From NCBI RefSeq assembly GCF_001194135.2, contig NC_068994.1:42473739-42508829 (forward strand): a stretch of DNA of 35,091 bases. The letters are read 5' to 3'. Each line of letters opens with the position of its first letter. Positions within the stretch are counted from its first letter, which is position 1. Below the pieces are notes generated by a model. The model saw only the letters and a program-made list of their open reading frames with translations, did no database searches and was not told the DNA's origin. This document shows, piece by piece, positions 9,993 to 22,425 of the stretch. A program made the translations under genes and the position numbers. Source of the stretch: Octopus bimaculoides. Taxonomy: Eukaryota.

Positions 9993-10208
9993 ACTGAAGG
10001 AGAAGAAGAAGAAGAAGAAGAAGAGCAACAACAACGACAATAGCAGTAATGTAGGAGCCAGCTGCTATTTGTGAATGGGTATGGCTTGTTAACATGTACC
10101 AATGTTTCCTGATTTCACTAATTGTTTTAGGTGCCTGTGTGGTTCTGGGTAACATAGACCCCACACTTAACTCTCCCACCCTTTGATCCATTGAGACATT
10201 CTCGGTAT

Positions 10209-10243
<35 letters not shown>

Positions 10244-11599
10244 TTTACATGCGTGCGTGTGTGTGTATGTGTGTGTTTGCGTTTGTGAGTGTGAGTGTGA
10301 AACCTGGGCCAGCAGGTAGTTTGTACTTGTCTTCAGCTGAGTTGTCTGAAGCAATGTGAAATGAAGAACATTACTCAAGAATGCAATGAGTCATCTAGTC
10401 CAGAAATAAAACCCATGTTATTATGAGAGGGAGCTTGAATACCCAAACTACCAGGATACGTGCCTTCACTATAATAATAGCACCAGAGATACAAAAGAAG
10501 TTCATGATTTTCACAAGGATTTATAACGAAAGGTAAAACAGTGTGGATTGTAGAAAAACACATTTACAAATTATGAAAAAAGAGGGTAAGAGATGTTATA
10601 CAAAATATGGATGGAGGTAGCTGCATTCACACTCACAGATTTAAATATGTACATATAGACATACACATATACATACATACATGCATTTACAATGCACATA
10701 TTTGTACAGATAAATGAAACAATTACAAAAAATATGCAATAATTAAAACAAGATTTAATTTAAGATAATACATGAAAGATTACTAGTTAACTTGAGTTTA
10801 GACACTCTACATATCTGTCTTGTGTTTCTTTCACTCATGTACTGAGCACAAATGTATAGTCAATGGTATGTCCTGCAAACTTAACTTGTATTATGTACCA
10901 TAATTTTTGCATCTTTCAGTTGAGAGAATTTTTTCTGAAATGTCCTGAAGGGTTTATTGTACTACTACAAGTGAAGGAAGATTTAGTTCAATTCTATCTT
11001 TTCATAAGCAAAAATATATAATTCTTCCTTTGCTCCCTCTCATGGATTATCTGTGCAGCTAAGAAATGCTGTCTAGTTTTACAAAATTCTTCGATATAGA
11101 TTTTTTTCTCATAATTGTGATAGATCTAAAAATTCCATACAGTTACTATGTACGAACAGGCCAAAGAATTTGTGTAAGAGTCACTATTATTGTTGTTTCT
11201 CATACTGTTACTGTCTTCATGATAAATTATTCAAATATTTACAACATTTTCTTCTTTTAAATGTCCACTAAACTGTTCATTTTCTTCTTCCTCTTGTATA
11301 TGTAGTTTTGTGTCTGACATTTGCATTCTTTTCTCTGACATTGCAGCGTTTAGTCTTGTCCCATGATTGTGTGTGGTAGTCATTTTGAATGTGAAAAATG
11401 TAATGTGTGCAAATAAAATTTTAAAGTTTGTGAAACAAATCTCTTTTATCTCTAATTTCAACCCATAGATATCAAGAGCAGCCCTTCCTTGAGCAATTAT
11501 AAATATTTTACAAGTAACTTTATGGAAATTTTCATTCAGTAAAACTTGAATAGATCATTGTGTTATCTTTTCCGGTGTACGTTGGTACCAAACACCCAA

Positions 11600-11802
11600 G
11601 TGATTTAACAGAATTCTTAACACACCAGACAAAATGCTTAACAGTATTTCACCTGTATTTATATTCTGATTGCAAATCCCACCAAGGTGAGCTTTGACTC
11701 TAACCATTTCAGGGCCGATAAAACAATTATCAGCTGAACACTGGGGTCAACATACTAGGACTAGCCCCCTCCATCAAAATTTCAAGCCTATATTAGAAAG
11801 GA
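11600..11802 (+). mobile_element. SINE family 1, diverged
   Basis: CAAAATGCTTAACAGTATTTC...CACTGGGGTCAA...TAGAAAGGA tail, as in the other copies. Confidence 0.7.
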
Positions 11803-11919
11803 TTATCGTCATTGTTAAGTCAGTGAGCTGGCAGAATTCTTGGCACACTAGACAAAATATTATTATTATTATTACTATTATTATCATTATTATTTTTATT
11901 ATCATTATTATTATTATTA

Positions 11920-12135
11920 TTAAGGCAGTGAGTTGGCAGAATCATTAGTATGCTAGGCAAAATGCTTAGCAACATTTTTGTCTGTCCTTACGACCTGAGT
12001 TCAAATTCTACCGAGGTTGACATTGCTTTTCATCCTTTTGGGGTCAACGAAATAAATACCAGTTGAGTACTGGGAGTGATATAATTGACAAGACCCCTCC
12101 TCCAAAATTTCGGGCCTTGTGCCTTTAGTAGAAAG
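11920..12135 (+). mobile_element. SINE family 1
   Basis: TAAGGCAGTGAGTTGGCAGAA head, GAGTTCAAATTCTACCGAGG and AGTAGAAAGGA tail. Confidence 0.85.
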
Positions 12136-12199
12136 GATGATTATCATTATAGTTGTTGTTGTTGTTTTAAGTGAAAATTTGCTCAAAATATGGATGAAA

Positions 12200-12380
12200 C
12201 GAGGGAGGGGACAAGTATTGTTGATTAAAATGACCCCAATACTTGGCTGTTTAGTTTATTGAATCTAGAGGGTTAAAAGTTATGTCAACTCTGGTAATAT
12301 TTGAGCAAAACAAACAAAAAGGCATGCAACTAAATTCTGTGAGGCATTTTGTCCAGTATTGTTTCTGCCAACCAGCATCT
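12200..12380 (-). mobile_element. SINE family 1, strongly diverged
   Basis: The reverse complement reads GCTGGTTGGCAGAAAC...GGACAAAATGCC...TTGGGGTCATTTTAATCAAC. Confidence 0.6.
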
Positions 12381-13088
12381 TCACAATTAGTCACGATTCA
12401 AAATATTTTAGGAATCTAACAGTATTTAAATTCAAATATTGTTCAGATTAAGTCAGTGCTTAAGCGAGAAGCCTAACCTAAGAATAGTCAGTAGTCATAA
12501 CAACTGTGAATAGAATGAAAGATACAGAATCATGTAGGATTAGATTTTCTTCTTGTTGCCCAGTAGGATTGTTGGTTTTGTTCAATTTTTATATATATTC
12601 CTCTCCAAATTTGGAATGGCTGCTCCAGAATTCAATGAGTAGCAAATAATTTAGAACATTTGAATAGAAAAATAAATGTGATTAACCAGTCTTCATTGTT
12701 TTAGTTCTTAATGAATTAACCTCTTAATCACAATTCATTTTAAATCCTGTCTTATAACACGATAGATTTGATGAACTAATCACATCATCTGCAATAAATA
12801 GCACAATTTCTAATTGTTCTGGACAAATTACTTGCATGACCTGCAAAAGTGTCAAGTCAAAGGATCATGGGACCTTAAATGATTTCTGACAGTAAACCCC
12901 TCCTTGCTACTTCAAAAAATAAAACAATTAATAAACAAAATTTGTTGAAAAAAAAACAAAACATACACACACATACAAATATATATTTAAAAAATGCAGA
13001 AGTGAATGATTTTCTTTAATTCATATTGAAGAAAAAAAACTCTCATTAAATTAAGCCTCAGTCAAAACCAATTTTTGCTGGTGTTATC

Positions 13089-13339
13089 TTAATCCTTAGA
13101 GAATTTAGCATTCCATTTTGTATAGCCTGATGCACAAAAATCATTAAACTCTGTGGACTTGTGATTAAGGAAGGAGGAGGCTTTATTGGTAAAGCATTGA
13201 ACCATGTAAGACATGCTTGGCTTCATATAATCACATTGAGAACTCCAAGCTGATGGTGACTCATTTGCAACAATACTCCCAATTAGCAAAATAATGGTAA
13301 AAGTTAACAAATTCTATTCAATCTATATAATTTTGCCAT
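13089..13339 (-). pseudogene. Candidate secreted-protein exon with a 1-nt frameshift (signal peptide plus 3 Cys)
   Basis: ATG at 13339 follows a ttttttccaaAG acceptor. Adding one T at 13309-13311 gives MAKLYRLNRILLTFTIILLIGSIVA-NESPSAWSSQCDY...FSKD*, 83 aa. No homologue was recognised. Confidence 0.3.
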
Positions 13340-13887
13340 CTTTGGAAAAAAAACAAGACAAAAACTAAAAACCAGAAATTCTGCTTTTTCAATTACTTTT
13401 GAGAGAATAACGATTTCTGGTCGAAAAATTAAAATTCCTGATTATTTCCATTTTAGAATATAACTTTTTCACAAATACCATTATAAGCGATGCAAGAAGA
13501 GTTTTCTTTCAGGAAAAAATGTCTTGTATTTTAGCAGTTTTTAATCAAGCATTGCATTCATAAGGAAGATGTATGATGGACATGAAAATAAAACCAAGAA
13601 CATCATCTTGATGGTTTTCAAGAAAATATGTACACCAGTATACTAACATCTTTATTAATCTTAGTGTAATGTCAAAAGAATATAAATATAAAATATCAAC
13701 ATTATCAAAAAATATCTGGAATATTATCTTATTATTTTTTAATGCTATTTCACATCAAAGGAAACTTTAGCTAATGGTACAAATGACACATTTCGGGTGC
13801 ATTCGAAATGACAGAAAAAAGAAAAAACAATCATATCAACTTCATTGAACACAGGATAAAGTAGAAAGTGTTTGACAAGACTGCATC

Positions 13888-13889
<2 letters not shown>

Positions 13890-13920
<31 letters not shown>

Positions 13921-14470
13921 TGAATGCATGCAAACATAAGCAGTCAAATATACACATACATGTATGTATTGTGTTGTGTGTGCATGTGTATGTCTCTCTG
14001 TGTGTGTTTGTATGTTTGTGTGAGCATGTGTGTGTGTGTGTGTGTGTGTATGTAATAGAAGCTGGGTATGATAATTGCACAAAAATATAACAATACAAAA
14101 CAATTTGAAGTCTTCAAGTTCAAATGTCTCTTATACACACATATATATATATATTTCTCAAATTGCATTGACATAAACATCTGTAGGAAAAGATTTGCAG
14201 TGAAGTCAAGATGCTATGCAATGATAGTGCATGTTTGAGCTACTTCGATACATGAAATTATATCCGAACATCTTAAGACATATTTTTTCTTATCTTATTT
14301 TCTTTGATTCCTCCTGCATTAAACCTCAAAGTTACTTCATACATGTATTACATTATGCATTATGTGTACATGTACATGTATGTATGTGTGTTTCTGTATG
14401 TATATATGTGAACATATACATATATATTATATATATATGCATGTGCATATATGCATATATATTTGTGTGT

Positions 14471-14541
<71 letters not shown>

Positions 14542-14898
14542 GAGACACATTAGAGTATAGAGATGCTGAGAGAAACTAAATCAATCAATTGGTGCTGGTG
14601 GGGTAGATAAAGAAAGTGAGTTCAGTTGCAATCTCTACAGCTAGAATTCTATTTGATTTAACTCATCTAGTGATTGATAGCACATGTGAGCTGAAGTGCT
14701 TTATAAACATCTGCTGGTGACTCAAACTTGACATCTCTAAGTAGGATTTGGTACCCATGATGTTATCTGGAAAAAAAAATTACTAGCTTATGTGCTGTAG
14801 TGTATTTATTTATCAACATAACCAGCTTAGACAGAAACACCATTAAGATTAAGACAAGAATAACGCTGCAAAAACAAGGTGTGTATGCCTGCTGTATG

Positions 14899-14941
<43 letters not shown>

Positions 14942-15039
14942 TATACATATGTGTTTATACACACACACATATACATACTCATACAAATATATGTATAAAT
15001 ATATATATATATATATATATGGGAGAATATACAAATAAT

Positions 15040-15088
<49 letters not shown>

Positions 15089-15120
15089 TACGTATGTATG
15101 TATGTATACATATTTATATA
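13890..15120. repeat. Cluster of (CA)n/(TG)n/(TA)n microsatellites interspersed with unique DNA
   Basis: Tracts at about 13890-14050, 14360-14540 (long pure TA) and 14900-15120. Confidence 0.9.
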
Positions 15121-15411
15121 TAAGCTAATTTATACTTGATCAGGAACAACATCAATAAATGTCTATATATTTTTGAGATGGATTGGTTTTAGATAACATT
15201 GTTCCTTCAAGATTTATTAACTTTCTAAATTAAATATAGAACTGGATAATAATTATATACACACACACACACACGTATACAACTTTTTTTATTTAGTCAA
15301 AGGAGAATATTGAGACTATTTAGATAAAGGGAGGAATATATATATTTTCTGACAGCAACCCTGCCCCAAAATCTTACAATGGATAACAACAACAACAACA
15401 ACAACAACAAC

Positions 15412-15444
<33 letters not shown>

Positions 15445-16430
15445 TCACTTTACAGTCCCAAATGATGAAAAAGTTGATATGAGAGGTATAGAGAAATCGC
15501 AAAGCATCAGGACCAAATGGTTGAGTTACAGAGGCTATGAAAAGTGTGTGTGAAATATTGTCAGGACAGAAGGCATAGGGTTGCCAAGTGGTGAAATGAT
15601 GAAGGCAATTCAACCTCAATCCAGCAATAAATACCTGGGAATACTTGGGGCAGATGGAATTAAACACAACATGAAGGAAAAGACAAAAAGAGAGTACCTG
15701 CAGCAGTGATAAAAATACTGGCTTCAAAGCTGAATGCCAGAAACATAATTCTGACAATAAACTCACGTGCAGTCACAGTAGTTTGGTATGGCACTGGAAT
15801 CCTGAAGTGGACAGAGAAGGAGATGGACAGGATGTAAAGAAAGCTCCTAACGATGCATGGAGCCCATCATCCACGTGCAGACACTGATCGCTTACACATG
15901 AAGAGAGCAAATGGAGGAAGAGGACTGATAAGTGTGGTAAACTGTATATGTATCAAATTCGAGAGTTTAATGAGATACCTAGCGCAACGTAAGGAAACCT
16001 TGCTAGTTACAGTTAGGAATGAAGGAATATTGAAAGCAGAAAAAAAAAAAGAAAAACAAAGCAAGAGTTACAAAAAGGACATGAAGAATTACACAACAAG
16101 GGACTGCACAATCAGTTTCATGTAGCCATAACAGAAGTTGCTGGAAAAAATAGAATGGATTGGTTGAAGAAAGAAACCCTAAAGAATGAGACTACGAGTA
16201 CTATACCAGCAGTGCCAGACCAAGCTTTGGCCATGTACTAGGGGGTGGGGTCAACCTCGGGAATGAGCAAGTGTCTCCTCTGCACTGCATCTGTAATAGA
16301 ATGGATGAAACCATTGTCCATATCATAAATGAATGCCTTAGACTTGCCCAAAACCACTACAAGTTGTGGCGACATGATCAGGTAGCAAAAGTGCTATATT
16401 GGAAAGTGGGGGGCTAGAGAGAGGCAAGAT
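15445..16430 (+). mobile_element. Dong/R4-like LINE internal fragment (RT C-terminal half, thumb, CCHC knuckle), degenerate
   Basis: Translates TEGIGLPSGEMMKAI...KYLGIL, KLNARNIILTINSRAV..YGTGILKWT, MHGAHHPRADTDRLHMKRANGGRGLISV and ICNRMDETIVHIINECLRLAQNHYKLWRHDQVAKVLYW, with multiple stops and frameshifts. Confidence 0.85.
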
Positions 16431-16659
16431 GAAATTCATTTTCATCATAAATCAATAAATAAGGAGTTAACAGCTCTTAAAATTTGCAAATTTTGGGTAA
16501 TCTAAGCCAATGAAAAGCCACAGACAAATAGGTGACTGTTTCCATAGTAACAAGCAAAGCTGTTACCAAAGCTGCTTATTCACGCTTTCATTTTTCACTT
16601 ATTAAATGCTTAAAACACATGAGGTGGTCGTGATAATAATAACGACGACGACGATGATG

Positions 16660-16708
<49 letters not shown>

Positions 16709-17030
16709 CAAAACAGGCAAAGAAATAATGTGAATTCCAAATAGAACAAATTTCAGAATTAGACATACTGGAAACAAGCACAGAAAAACTAAGCATCTGA
16801 AAACCTGTGCTAAAACTGCTGTCTTAGATATTCTTACTGATAAATGACAAGAAAAACCTCCCTAGAGTAAAATTTGCACAAAATGCATACACACACACAC
16901 ATGCATGTATATAGTTTGCAGTAGGCATTCTAGGTCCAATTAGTCACAAATGACCAGTGTAGTTCTTTCAGATTTATGCAAAACTTTTAGTTTATACAAT
17001 TTAGTTTCTCATGTTTGTTACTAGATTACA

Positions 17031-18348
17031 TATGAGTTGCATCCCAGAAGTTTTGAGACTTTTTCAGGAGAGACATTTATTGTGTTCAAAGAAGTACTGA
17101 ACTCTGATCTCTTGCAAAGTAGGATTACCTACATTAATGCATTGTAGCACTCCACCCACTTTGGGAAGACCCCATGGAAGTCTTCCACAATTAAGGTATC
17201 TAGACCTTTGTCACAGCCTACTCCATCTTCTCAACGTCTTCAAAATGACTCCCTGAGGTTCTCCTTCAGTTTGGGAACAACCAAAAGTTACAGGGAGCAA
17301 GGTTTGGACTGTAGAAAGGATGAGAGACACTTCTGGTACCCATCTCTGTCAAGTAGCTTGTTATCAGGATGGAGTTGTAGACTGGTGCATTGTCCTAGTA
17401 CAGGGTCCACAGACCTGAGTGGAAGTGCCTGGCCTTTTTTGCAATGAAATCTGTTCCTGAACGCCCTCAGAATTTCTAAAAAGTACTCTTTGTTGGATGT
17501 CTGACCAGAGGGAATCCAGTGAATGTAGATGACACACTTGCTGTCAAAAAAGGGGATTGCCATGAACTTCCCAAAAGACTTGCTATGTCTGGCCTTCTTG
17601 GATTGGGGAAGCAAGGATGCTTCTATGGAGCACTCTGTTTCTTGGTCTCTGGGTCATAACAACAAATCCAGTTTTCATCACAGGTCACCAGCAACTTAAG
17701 TGCACTTGGATTGGAGGTAATGAGCTCAACCATCTCTATGCTGTCAGGAATGCATCTTTCCTTCTTTTTCATCACTGAGCACCATGGTAACAAACTTTTC
17801 GCAAAAATGTTGTGAATGTTCAGATCTTCATGAATAATTCTGTGTTCAATTGCCACATCAATTTCAAACTGAATATTTATTATCTTTATAGACATGATGA
17901 TGGTCTTCACCCAGAAAGTAGCAAATTTTCTCAAATAGCTTTGATGTTCTGACGTCCCTCTCACTCCCACACCTCTCAGCATCTTTCACCTCCCCCTACT
18001 ATCTTTGAACCTCTTCTACCAGAATAAAAGTAAATACTCGTACAAATTGATCCATAAGTAATCGGGAGTATTTCGTATTTTTCTGTAGCATTTTTGCCCA
18101 GTTTAACATAAAAGTTTATTGAACAACAAGTTTCAAAATTGTCTTTATGTCCCAAGTGCATTCTTCAAACTAGCAGTGTTTAATAGGCTGTGTTCAAGGT
18201 GCTGTTACAGCTGTTTCCTTCAACCTGGACTCATAAAAAGACTTGGCAAGTAGATGCATAGTAATGATATACTAAAATTGCAATAATCTGGGACAGTTAC
18301 AATTGCCATCCCTTAGGAAGTCTCAAGACTTCTGGAGTGCATCTTGTA
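17031..18348 (-). mobile_element. Mariner (Tc1/mariner) DNA transposon, full length, decayed transposase
   Basis: TIRs are TATGAGTTGCATCCCAGAAGTTTTGAGACT (17031-17060) and its reverse-complement match TACAAGATGCACTCCAGAAGTCTTGAGACT (18319-18348), with TA ends. Minus-strand peptides include INFYVKLGKNATE, VTCDENWICCYDPETKKQS and FFDSKCVIYIHWIPSGQT. Confidence 0.9.
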
Positions 18349-20681
18349 CAATGTCTATTGTGTATATCATTGTATAATTCATATTATGTCTATTACATAT
18401 AGTGAGTGCTTCTTTATTATAGATATGAACTACACAAAAATATTAGCTTTCTACGTCGGTATAAAAATGTTCGTACTGAACATAAACTCTATTAACTCTT
18501 CGAATGCAGAAAATGGATATATCTACTTAAAATTTTATTGCCTTTAACTGGAGAAAACAGTTTTACCCAGCAGCTTTGATAATTCTTCTCTTTATATAGC
18601 AAGAAGCAGAGACGTGTTTGCAAAAGATATTTTTTTATGTAGCAAGAAGCAGAGATGACCTCAATGACACTTTTGCAAAATAATATTTTTTCAGATTTTC
18701 TTGATTTTTTTTTTTTACATATTTCATCGAATATTTTTAGAGTTAAGATTGAAAACTTTTATTGGTGGTTATGAAAACCATACCTACAGAAGATAATGAC
18801 AAAATATTGCAAAAGTAGAAAATCTCAGTTCTAAGTTTTGGTGGATAATTAACATCGGCACAGGAATGACCATGAAAATTGATTACACAAAAGGTTAAGA
18901 TGTTAGTTGAAAAAATTGAAAATATCACAGTTATTTGTCTCTTCTCTTGACAATGATTTAAAGAAAACTGATAAGATAAAGAAAATAATTGTATGAATTT
19001 AAATAATCTTAAAATGCTGAACACACGAAGTCAGTGCCATCTCAAAGTATGACTGCACTGGGTAGTTGCCTAAGGATCTTATGAGTCTAGGGACCCAGTT
19101 CTGATTTATGTGTAGCGAGATGTGTAGCAAAAGGTGTTGTTGATGTAGCAGATGAAGATAGTTTAAATAATTTGTTTAATCCACATTCGCATTTATGTAT
19201 TTGGTACACAAGGTTTGATTCACAGTATCAATGAAGGCTGCTACATGATGATACCAACTGCTTTGAGCTGGCGAAGTAAAAAAATGAACAGGAGAAATAA
19301 TGTGTCCATGTGATCAGGTAGAACTGGGCATGTTTTGTGTCTGTGTGTGTGTGTTGGTCATTCAGTTGTGTCTGTTTATGTTCTGCAACTGCTACTGTGT
19401 TGTGCTGTTCATGCTGAATATGTGGCTCTCTGTTGGCTGGTGCAAGCTGACTGCAGTCTCTCAACCGTTTGCCTGTTGCTGGCTGTCTTCCCTCCTGTCA
19501 TGTGTCTGACTGTATTTATAATGGTCATCCTAGCTAGAAGCATTGACATACCATAGGAGTAATTTCTACCTATGTAGGTCACCTGCTGTCCACTTGAACC
19601 TTCAATGACACAGCTCAGGCTGGAGGTTGAATGAAATTCCATCCATCACTTTTTGACAAGACAAAGAAATTTCTTTTGCACCTGTTCGGCCAGTGGTGGA
19701 TCAGGCGAGCGAGAATCCTTAGATTCAGTTTCAAATCTCAGCTTGGGAAATGAAATGTTAGTTTTTACATATGTATGGTGTGGTTTACTCTCAATAAATA
19801 AACATAATAGAGCCCAGTATATTGTTTTGCCCAGGGGCCTGTTAAAATGCTAAGATGGCTCTGCACAAAGCACAAGCTTTTCAGGAACATGTCATATTCA
19901 CACTGGCACATGAAAATTTTTTTCTGTAGATAAAATTGTTTGGGGAAATTTTTTTAAAACATTACTTTTAGCCATGTATTTTCATTACAAGTGTTCAAAG
20001 TAGAGCTGCACGCTATTTACACAAGTATATATATAATCATACATGTGTGTGTGTGTGTGTATGTGTTTGTCTCTCTGTCTGTGTCTGTGTGTGCAGTCAT
20101 TTGTGCATGCATATGTGTGTGCCTGCTTGTATGTGATAGGGAGTGTTATATATATGAGGCACACTACAAAGAACAAAAAAAAGAAAGAAAGAAAGAAAGC
20201 ATTTTCAACATGCAGCAGAGCACCTTAGTGACCTCGGAAGATCAAAAGTGAGACAAATCTTTTCTAGCTAAAAAACAATCTACAGTTAATTGATCAAAAG
20301 ACTTGTAATGCTTTTCATTAGGAGTAACTAATATATTCAAACACACTGTTGAGAGCCAGACAGTATATAGCCTTTTAACCCAGAGTTAAACAAGGACTCC
20401 ACTTGAAAAGCTATTCTAATACATACATGCATGCATACATACATACATACATACACACACACATGCACATACACAAATATGTATACACAGATACACAAAC
20501 ATATATATCTATATTTTGAAGTAATTTCCAGCTAATGTCCTTTTTTGCCTCTGTGATGAAAGGTAATAGACTCTTTGGCTCATAACTGCTTGTTTAAACA
20601 GAATTATTCTAAAGGAAAAATTTTACAAGTGTTTTGTTTAATTAACTGTCGATTAGTTTGTAGCTAGAAAACATCTATGTG

Positions 20682-20712
<31 letters not shown>

Positions 20713-20754
20713 GTGAGAAATAATTGAGATTCAGTTGAATATATATATATGTAT

Positions 20755-21126
20755 ATTCTTTTCTTCTTTTTTTTTACTCATTTGACTGCAGCCATGCTGG
20801 AGCACCACCTTTAGTCAAACAAATCGACCTCAGGACTTAATCCTAGTAAGCCTAGTACTTATTATATTGATCTCTTTTGCTGAATTGCTACGTTACAGGG
20901 GTCATAAACATACCAACATCGTTTGCCAAGCAATGGTGGGAGGACAAACACAGAGACAGACACACAAATACATACATACATATATATATATAGACGATGG
21001 GCTTCTTTCAGTTTCCATCTACCAAATCCACTCACAAGGTTTTGGCTGATGCAAGGCTATAGTATCTGACACTTGCCCAAGTTACCACACAATGGGACTG
21101 AACTTGGAACCATGTGGTTGGTAAGC
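20755..21126 (-). mobile_element. SINE family 2 (tRNA-like head, long tail), head truncated at the adjacent SINE
   Basis: GGCTTCTTTCAGTTTCCATCTACCAAATCCACTCACAAGG...CACTTGCCCAAG...GGAACCATGTGGTTGG on +, shared with 25963, 26143 and 30863. Confidence 0.8.
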
Positions 21127-21130
21127 ATGT

Positions 21131-21395
21131 GTGAAGGTGCATGGCCTAGTGGTTAGGCTGTTGCACTCATCATTGCTACATTGTTTGTTCAATTTCCAGA
21201 TCAAGCCCAAAATTGAATTCTTGAGCAAAACACTTCATTTCATGTTGCTCCAGTACCACTTTCACTGTGTGAGGAATGTTGGCTTGCTTGCCTAGACAGT
21301 GGGGTGGCATCATTCAAAGGCTATGACAATGCAAAGCGTATTGTGACTAGTGATGCATAACAACATCTGATAGTCTGGTCAGTCACATGATCACA
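21131..21395 (+). mobile_element. SINE family 3 (tRNA-derived)
   Basis: A-box TGGCCTAGTGG, B-box-like GTTCAATTTCC and CTTGAGCAAAACACTTCATTTCA; homologous to 22108 and 23645. Confidence 0.75.
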
Positions 21396-21449
21396 AGATG
21401 TGTGTGTACATGATGGATTTCTGCACATTTTCTCTCTGCTAAATTCTTC

Positions 21450-21860
21450 ATCATCATCATCGTCGTCGTTTAAAGTCCGCTTTCCATGTTAGCATGGGTT
21501 GGACGATTTGACTGATGACTGGTGAACCAGGAGGCGACACCAGGCTCCAATCTGATTTGGCAGAGTTTCTACAGCTGGATGCCCTTCCTAATGCCAACCA
21601 CTCTGAGAGTGTAGTGGGTGCTTTTATGTGCCACCGGCACGAGGGCCAGTCAGGTGGGTACTGGCAATGGCCACACTCGAAATGGTGTGTTTTACGTGCC
21701 ACCTGCACAGGAGCCAGTCCATCGGCACTGGCGACGATCTCGCTCGGATGTCTCACTGGCAAAGGCCACGCTCGAAATGGTGTATTACATGTCGCCTGCA
21801 TAGGAGCCAGTCCATCGGCACTGGCAACGATCTCGCTCAAATGTCTTTTCACGTGCATGT
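21450..21860 (-). mobile_element. RTE LINE 3' UTR fragment
   Basis: Reverse complement of the (GAT)n tail, CAACCCATGCTAACATGGAAAGCGGAC, GGAAGGGCATCCAGC and the subrepeats. Confidence 0.85.
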
Positions 21861-22107
21861 CTTTTCTTCTTGCAAATAATTGGACTATAAGCATAGACGT
21901 CTGCCATCTATGTTGTTATAGTGTTATGCTGGAGATGTCCCAAGGTTTTACTAAATTGGTTATTTCCGATGTGCATTTAGTGTTGTATTTGTATGCTGCT
22001 TTATGGAACTTGTTTTTCTGAAATTTTATACATTTCTGTTGTTGAATGCATATATTGCATTATCAGTTCAGGAGATTGTAGTTCCATTGAGTGTATATAC
22101 TGCTGTA

Positions 22108-22425
22108 TGAAGGAATGTAGTTTAGTGGTTAGGGCATTCAGCTCACGATTCTGAAGTTGTGAGTTCAATACCCTGAGGTGCATTGCGTCATTGAACAAAC
22201 ACTTCACATTGCCCCAGTCCACTCAGCTGGCTAAAATGAATAGTATCTGTATTTCAAAAGGACAGCCTTGTCGCATTCTGTGTCACACTGAATCTCCCAA
22301 AAAAACTACATTAAGATTACACATGTTGGTGGAATTCTCATCCACTTGCGCATTAATTTCATGAGCAGGCTGTTCCAATAATTAGATCAACTGGAACCCT
22401 CGTCATTATAACCAACAGAGTGACA
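22108..22425 (+). mobile_element. SINE family 3
   Basis: TAGTGGTTAGGG A-box, GAGTTCAATACC B-box and CCAGTCCACTCAGCTGG core. Confidence 0.75.

Noticed and set aside
10305-10347. Possible minus micro-exon (DNSAEDKYKLPAGP)
   Set aside because: The donor is weak (GTTTCA) and there are no linked exons or homology.
11130-11555. Minus frame open for about 108 codons plus about 34 after one stop
   Set aside because: An ORF of this length is expected by chance about once in a window this size; no domain or splice pair supports it.
19552-19620. Possible minus exon (LSCVIEGSSGQQVTYIGRNYSY) with AG/GTATGT boundaries
   Set aside because: The signals are plausible but isolated, and it cannot be tied to a gene without expression data.
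21131-21200. tRNA-like A and B boxes
   Set aside because: There is no cloverleaf, and the sequence continues into a repeated SINE body, so it is not a tRNA gene.
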